Positions 56,590 through 64,000 of a DNA stretch of 64,000 nucleotides are shown piece after piece (the stretch's first letter is position 1; each line of letters begins with the position of its first letter). Under the pieces are notes generated by a model. That model was not told where the DNA came from. It searched no databases and saw only the letters and a list, made by a program, of their open reading frames with translations. The position numbers and the translations under genes are program-made. Location: NCBI RefSeq assembly GCF_009914755.1, contig NC_060937.1; one strand, 5' to 3'. Source of the stretch: the human T2T-CHM13v2.0 reference genome, Homo sapiens.

Positions 56590-56920
56590 TTTAATAAATG
56601 AATTAATAAACTATTCTACCACACAATTTTACACTTTATGAGAAAGGGCAATTTATGCCAGACACAATTTAACAGTTTAGATCAACACTAGAGATGCAAA
56701 GACAAGTAAGACACTCCTTGGCAAAGTTCATTTAGGGGCAATAGGCACAAAGACAAATATTATTATAATTTACATACAATATTCTGCAGTTTACGGAAAT
56801 GCATAGAGTATCATGGGAATGAAAGGAATGCCACCTGGGCCAACCTGAAGAAGATAGAGGTAAATGGGTCAAGCACACTTTCGGTGAAATGCCAAAAGTC
56901 AGCCCTAATTTCTGGATCTT
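56590..56920 (-). mobile_element. L2 3' fragment (source of the inverted copy at 58889-58964)
   Basis: tatgccagacac...ctagagatgcaaagacaagtaagacac...catagagtatcatgggaat resembles antisense L2 3' end. Confidence 0.6.
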
Positions 56921-57018
56921 TTCCAATCACAAATACAATGTGGATCAAAAGCAACCTTGAACCATGCAAAATACATTGCACATCAAACATACATACTCTG
57001 AATGCAACTGTGTTCCTA

Positions 57019-57343
<325 letters not shown>

Positions 57344-57922
57344 TCAGATATTTGTAGAATAAGAAATATTCTGAGACAGGCAGAGCAATATCTCTCTATT
57401 TCCGTGTGCATATAATAGAGAGAAATACATATATTTACATTATAAAAAAGAAGTGAGAACTTATGAATATTCCAGGAAACTAATGACTTTTCCATCTTTC
57501 GCAAGCACATTCTTAATTTTAACACTAAAAGTTCTGAATAGTTATGTTTGCTATTTCTGTTTCTTGAAATGTCTTCTACTTCCCTCATGCCAAATATGCT
57601 TAGTTTTTTTAAATAATCCTAATTATTATATGATCTTTCCTGATGCTCTCTAATCAGCTGTAACCTGACTATTAATTCCATAATATTTATGTAGAACCAT
57701 AGGAAACTCAATGAACATATATTTTGATTATTATTATTATGCATTATCATTTGCCCAAATTGGTTCCAGACAGATGCATGTCCCTTTACAACTTACTTGT
57801 TAAATATGTTTGAATTTTACAAACATATATAAACTAAGTTTGGTATTTTCATAATTATGGTAAGACCTGCAATTACAGAAGTGATCATACCAAGAGAAGA
57901 ACCGGAAACTGTATTAGCAACG

Positions 57923-58275
57923 TGTATTAGTTCATTCTCACACTGCTGTGAAGAAATACCCAAGACTGGGTAATTGACTCACAGTTCCACATTGCTAGGG
58001 AGACCTCAGGAAACTTACAATCCTAGTCGAAGGCAAATGAGAAGCAGGCACCTTCTCCAAAAGGCAGCAGGGTGGAGTGAGTGCCAACCAAAAAGGAAAG
58101 CCTCTTATAAAACTATGTGATCTCATGAGAACTCACTCACTATCATGAGAACAGCATGGGGGAGACTGCCTCCATGATTCAGTTATTTCACCTGTTCTGC
58201 CCTCCACAGGTGGGGATTACCGGGATTACAATTCCAGATGAGATTTGGGTGGGGATACAGAGTCTAACCATATCA
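57923..58275 (-). mobile_element. THE1C/D-like solo LTR
   Basis: tgtattagttcattctcacactgctgtgaagaaatacccaagactgggtaatt...taaccatatca; no clean TSD. Confidence 0.9.
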
Positions 58276-58850
58276 CGATTAAATGGCTGGTTTATTAGAG
58301 ATAATATAGATACAATGGGGAGTCTATTGCCGAGACTCACTTTAAAAAGTCATTTTGGCTGAAAATTTCTGATACCAAAATCTTGCCCAGAACAATTCAA
58401 TAAAAACAGAGAGATCTCTGTCCAAAAATATCAACTGTTTGTTTATTTGTTAGATCCTGATGATGGCAATGTGGAACTGTAAAATAATAAATAATTCAAA
58501 CTATTTGCCTTTTAATCCAAGGCATTATTTTGAAATTAGCCAGTAAAATCACAAAAATTTTTCAGTATAGAAAATAATAATAATTTAAACGTTAGCAAGT
58601 GCACACTGCAAGAGTATATGCATTTATTAGAAACAAAATGAGAAAAGATTACTTAGGCATTCATCTCTGTCTTCAGAGAAGAGAATAAAATAATTTCATA
58701 GTAGTGTTTGGAAGGTCTGTTGTCACTATACAGGTAGCCTACACCAGGGAATCAACTAGAAAGTAGAAACTACTTTTTTTCTTATGTTAACTAACATACT
58801 GCAAATTTCTCAGCAATGATCTAAATCACTATTGCTAGCTTGTAATTATA

Positions 58851-58964
58851 ACAAAGTACCATTACCATTACCTCGGTAATGGTACTTTGTGTGCTTGTCC
58901 CATTTACCTCCATCTTCTTCAGGTTGGCCCAGGTGGTATTCCTTTCATTCCCATGATACACTAT
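58851..58964. repeat. 16-bp perfect hairpin fused to a 76-bp inverted copy of 56803-56878
   Basis: acaaagtaccattacc / ggtaatggtactttgt; 58889-58964 is the reverse complement of 56803-56878 with 4 mismatches. Confidence 0.95.
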
Positions 58965-59139
58965 TTAACATTCCAGCCAGAATAATTAAATATAAATATA
59001 TTAAGGACTATTTTTTCAAAGTTTACATGGAATATTCTAAACTTACATACAGATAAAGAAAACCTCAATATAATAATCACCAGTATACTCATCATCTATA
59101 TTCATCAAACAAACAAATAAACACACAAAAGATCATCAA

Positions 59140-59266
59140 CTATAGCCACTAAGGGAAAATAAGTAGATAGGTATGTTACAATATATTATTTTAAATATCC
59201 AGTTCTTAAGAGAAACTTATCAGATGCAAAGAAACAGGAAAGGGTGATCCATACTTAGGGAAAAAA
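59140..59266 (+). mobile_element. Older L1 (L1ME/MD-like) ORF1 start, left part of a split element
   Basis: tatccagttcttaagagaaacttatcagatgcaaagaaacaggaaagggtgatccatac matches old L1M ORF1 start. Confidence 0.6.
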
Positions 59267-59458
59267 TGGAGACGTCATCAAGATAGCTGACTAGATGTGC
59301 CCGGACTATCCTCCTCCTCAAATATGGAACGAAATAACGAACAGATAACCACACTTGGTTCAAGTGTGGTTGAATAACAAGAAGATAACTTGCTAACTCA
59401 AAGTAGCAAGTAGATAACCACACTTAGCTGTCAAATACAGTATTTAAGAGTGAACATT

Positions 59459-59835
<377 letters not shown>

Positions 59836-62434
59836 CTACCCATTACAGGGAAAATGTGAGTGAGAGATACCCACCATTCCACATTCCCACCATGGACACC
59901 TGCAACCCTAGCCACAGGAGAGCCTGTTGGCCCTCACAGCCCTGAGCCTAGCTAGTATAGAAAGCTGTCAGAATTCTACACCATGACATTGTTTTACAGA
60001 TGGAATTCATGCTGGGGCCCACTCATCCCCTGAGCTGTGGCAGCATAACATCGTTTTGAGAGCCAAGTCCCCACCAGACTATATTCTGTCATTGATTCCA
60101 ATATTCCCTGCATATCCACATCCCTACAAACCCATTGACATTTCCCCACATTCACCCAGAGGACTGCAGCGTCATGACACCACTGGCTGCAACATTGTGG
60201 CTGGGACCGCAGCACTCTAGCCCACACAGTGTCCTACACTTTGGGGAAGAGGCAGAGCAGCTCACCAGGGAGGCCACACCCAAGACAAAGGGAACCAAAT
60301 TGTGCACTGCCCAGAAGCTGGGACCCACCTTCCTAGGGCTGCTACCATTGACAGCAACCCCACCCATGGTGGTGGCAGGGCCACCATGTACTTGCAATGC
60401 CTTAATGGGGCCTGAGGAGCAGCTTGTCACGCGTACTGTCTGGAAGCCTGAAGACAGATTTACACCACCCATTGGCAACAATGCCAATGCCCAGACACGC
60501 CATGCAGGGGCCTGAAAATTGGTCCTCCCAGCTCACCATCATTTGTACCCACATACTCCAAATGGGGACCTCTCCTGCCTGCCTGCTGCTGCTGCTGCCA
60601 CTGCCACCTGTGTGCAGTCTGGGGGTCTAAGGATCAGCCCTTCTGCCCTGCTGCTGACAGGACCCTTGTGCACTCTCCTGGGGCTTGAGGACAGGCCCAT
60701 CCCCCTCATCACCAGTGATGATAGTGTCCATGAGCCCTTTCTGGGGGCCCAGTGACCAGCCTGCCCAGGCCATTGCCACCACTGCCAGTGCCTGGACACA
60801 CCTACTAGGGGACCAAGGATCAGCCCCCACCCACTGCTACTGTCACCAGTTCCCACCCAAGTGTGCCACCTGAAGGCCTTGGGATGGACTCACCCAGCTG
60901 ACTACCACCACTGCCAGCAACCAGCACATATCACCCAGGGGATCTAGGGCTGACCTGCTGCCACTATTGCCATTGCTGGCACCACTCGTACCTATCAGAG
61001 CAACAAGGAACAGCCCATGTGGTGTGCTGCTGCCACCATTGTGCCTTTGCATGCCACCTGGAGGCCTGAGGACTAGCCCACCCCAACGACCCAACCACTG
61101 CTGGTGCCCAAGTATGCAGCTTAGGGGTGCTATGACTAGCACACCTAGTGCACCACTACCAACCCTGGTGTCTGCATATGCCACCCAGGAGCTAGAAGAC
61201 CAATGTACCTGGAATACTTGTCCCTGGCAAAGCCTCGCCACAACCTCTATTAAAAACTGCATCATAAGCAACTGAGGAACTCACAGACACCACTGATGTT
61301 GATTGCAGCTGAAGCAATTATACAGAGACTACCCTATTGTTATGACTCAGAATCAAATCCAAAGTACCCTACACAATCAGCACTATAGATATGTCTACAA
61401 AAAAGTATTTTCAGTAAAAACCAACCCATAAATTTGAAGAAATAATTTTACACCAGATATGCAGATATCAACACAGCAACATAAAAATCATGAAAAAGCA
61501 AGCAAACATGACACCTCCAAAGAAACAGAATGATTCCCCAATAACAAATCCCAAAAAGGAAGTATTTGAAATGCCTGAAAATGAATCCAAAATTATGAAA
61601 TTAAGGAAACTTTGTTAGATACAAGAGAACAAAAGTCAACAGATAGATATATATTATACAAAAGAGCAAAGCAGAAATTCTGGAACTAAAAAATTCAATG
61701 AATTGAATTTAAAAAATACATTGAGATCTTCAACAATAGACAAGATCAGGCAGAGAAAAGAATTTCTGAACTTGAAGACAGGTCTTTTGAAGTAACCCAG
61801 TCAGATAAGAAATAAGTAAGAATGGAAAACAATAAAAAGTCTATTTGATCTATGGAACAGCATAAAGCAAAATAATTTGAATTTCTGTGAGTTCCAGAAA
61901 GAGAAGAGATGGGCAAAAGCATAGAAAACCAGTTTAATGAAATGATAGCTGAAACTTCCAAAGTCTTGTGAGAAAGATTGACATCCATATACAAAAAGCC
62001 CAAAGATTCCCCTATGTATTCAATCCAAAAAGGTCTTCGCTGAGACATATTATAGTCAAAATGTCAAAAGTCAAAAACTAAGAGAGAATCCTAAAAACAG
62101 CAAGAAAAAAGCATCAAGTCACAAATAAGGAAATTTCCATCAGGCTAATATATTGGTCAGGGGACACCTTACAGGCTAAGAGAAAATGAGATAATAGATT
62201 CAAAGTGCTGAAAGAAAGAAAGAAAAAAAAATTAAAAACCTGCCAGTCAAAAATATACCCAATGAAGCTATCTATCAGAAATAAAAGAAATAATGTTTTT
62301 TCCAGGAAAAGAAAAACTGAGGGAATTCGACACCATCAGACTGGCCCTACAAGAAATGCGTAAGGAAGTCCTACATCTGGAAGAACAAGAACAATATCTA
62401 TCATCATGAATACATGTGAAAGTATAAAACTCAC

Positions 62435-62809
62435 TGACATGGTTTGGCGGCGTCCCCACCCAAATCTCATCTTGAATTTTAGTTCCCCTAGTCCTCATGT
62501 GTTGTGGAAGGGAAATGGCAGAAGGTAATTGAATCATGAGGAGGTTACCCCCATGCTGCTGCCCTCATAATAGTGAGTGTGTTCTCACAGAAGCTGATTG
62601 TTTTGTAAGGGGCTTTCCCCACTTTGCTTGGCACTTCTCTATCCTGCCACCATGTGAAGAAGGACGTGTTGCTTCCCCTTCCACTATGATTCTGCATTTC
62701 TTGAGACCTCCCGAGCCATGCAGAACTGTGAGTCAATTAAACCTCTCTCCTTTATAAATTACCCAGTGTTGGATATTTCTTCACAGCAGCATGAAAATGG
62801 ACTAATACA
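62435..62809 (+). mobile_element. THE1C-like solo LTR inserted in the L1 inter-ORF region
   Basis: tgacatggtttgg...ggactaataca; perfect TSD ctcac at 62430-62434 and 62810-62814. Confidence 0.95.
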
Positions 62810-63498
62810 CTCACTGGTAGAGCAGATACAAAAATGAAAAAGAGAAATGAATCAAATGTTACAAGTACAGAAAACCACCAAATCTTAAAGATAATCAATA
62901 AAGAGGAATAAAGGAAAAATGGATGTACAAAACAATCAGAATATTATTAGCAAAATGACAGGAGTAAGTCCTTACCTATAAATAACAATTTTGAATAGAA
63001 ACTGTGTAAATTCCTTGATTAAAAAATATAGACTGGCTGATTGGATTAAAAGCAAGACCCAACTGTATGCTGCCCATAAGAAACACATTTCACCTATAAA
63101 GACACATGTAGACTGAAAGTGAAGGGGTGGAAAAAAATATTCCATGAAAGTGGAAACCAAAAATGTACAGGAGTACAAAATCTATTATGAAATAGATTGT
63201 AAGTGAAAAAAAATCATAAAAACAGACAAGGTCATTACATAATGACAAAGGGATCAATTCAGCAAGGGAATATAACAATTGTAAATATGTGTGCACTCAA
63301 CACTGGAGCACTCAGATATATAAAGAAAATATTATTAAAACTAAAGAGAGAAACAAACTCCAATACAATAAGAGTTGGGGACTTCAGCACCCCACTTTCA
63401 GGAATGACAAATTGTCTAGACAGGAAATCAACAACGAATCATCAGACTTAATCTGTATTATAGACCAAATGGACCTAATAGACGTTTACAGAACACTT

Positions 63499-63925
63499 CA
63501 TAATCAGGGGAAAAAAAGAAGTCATAGACTGTCTCTGCGAGTCCCAAATCCTGGACTTTGCAGAAAATAATCTCAAAAAAGCCATTATAAATATTTTCAA
63601 AGAACCACAACAAACCATGTTTAAAAATTAAAAGAAAGTATTAATGATGTACCACAAAAAAGCAAATATTAATAAAGAGATAGATGTTATAAAAATAAAG
63701 AAATGAAAATCCTGTCACTGAAAAGTACAACTGAAATTAAAACTTCAACAGAAAATGTGAACTGATGAAAGAACGAATCAGTAAACTTGGTAATACCTCA
63801 ATATCTATTACACAATCTGATGAACAGAAAGAAAAACAAAATGAAAAAAACTGAAAAGAGCCACAGAGACCCCTAAGACACCATAAAATATACCAACAGG
63901 CTCACATGGGAGTATCAGGAATATG
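63499..63925 (+). mobile_element. Older L1 ORF1 remnant, right part of the split element
   Basis: agactgtctctg...cctggactttgcaga...gccattataaatattttcaaagaac...atcagtaaacttg continues the sequence broken at 59266. Confidence 0.65.
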
Positions 63926-64000
63926 AAAGCTTATTAAGGTTCACTATAGTTATCTCATTTGCCAGATCTCCCTACTAAGTTTCTGGCTAGTTTTTCAGTC

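Noticed and set aside
59994-61275. Cluster of overlapping ORFs in a GC-richer segment, resembling a gene or CpG island
   Set aside because: It is the subrepeat-rich 5' UTR of the old L1; CpG-depleted and stop-poor because of composition

Overview
AT-rich (roughly 35% GC by eye), CpG-poor primate genomic DNA, almost certainly human: it contains a consensus-identical AluYa5. It looks like a gene desert or a deep intron. I see no credible protein-coding gene, RNA gene or CpG island. Nearly all ORF-track entries are decayed L1, L2, MaLR-int, Tigger1 or Alu frames, or microsatellite translations. About half the window is interspersed repeats. These include a long old L1 interrupted by a complete two-LTR THE1D/MSTA element, a near-complete Tigger1, several solo LTRs with target-site duplications (TSDs), long L2 remnants, MIRs, hAT MITEs and about 9 Alus. 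The most notable signals are: (1) several locally templated insertion or fold-back scars (a 29-bp perfect hairpin at 2672-2743; a 24-mer copied into a minisatellite; a 14-bp fold-back at an L1 inversion; a 16-bp hairpin fused to a 76-bp inverted copy taken from 2 kb away); (2) a 5'-intact but 3'-truncated L1 that still appears flanked by TSDs; (3) a young, possibly polymorphic AluYa5; (4) repeat-free blocks with dense developmental transcription-factor motifs. I found no evidence of a novel multi-gene system. Subfamily names come from recalled consensus sequences and need RepeatMasker/Dfam confirmation; boundaries of old repeats are approximate.
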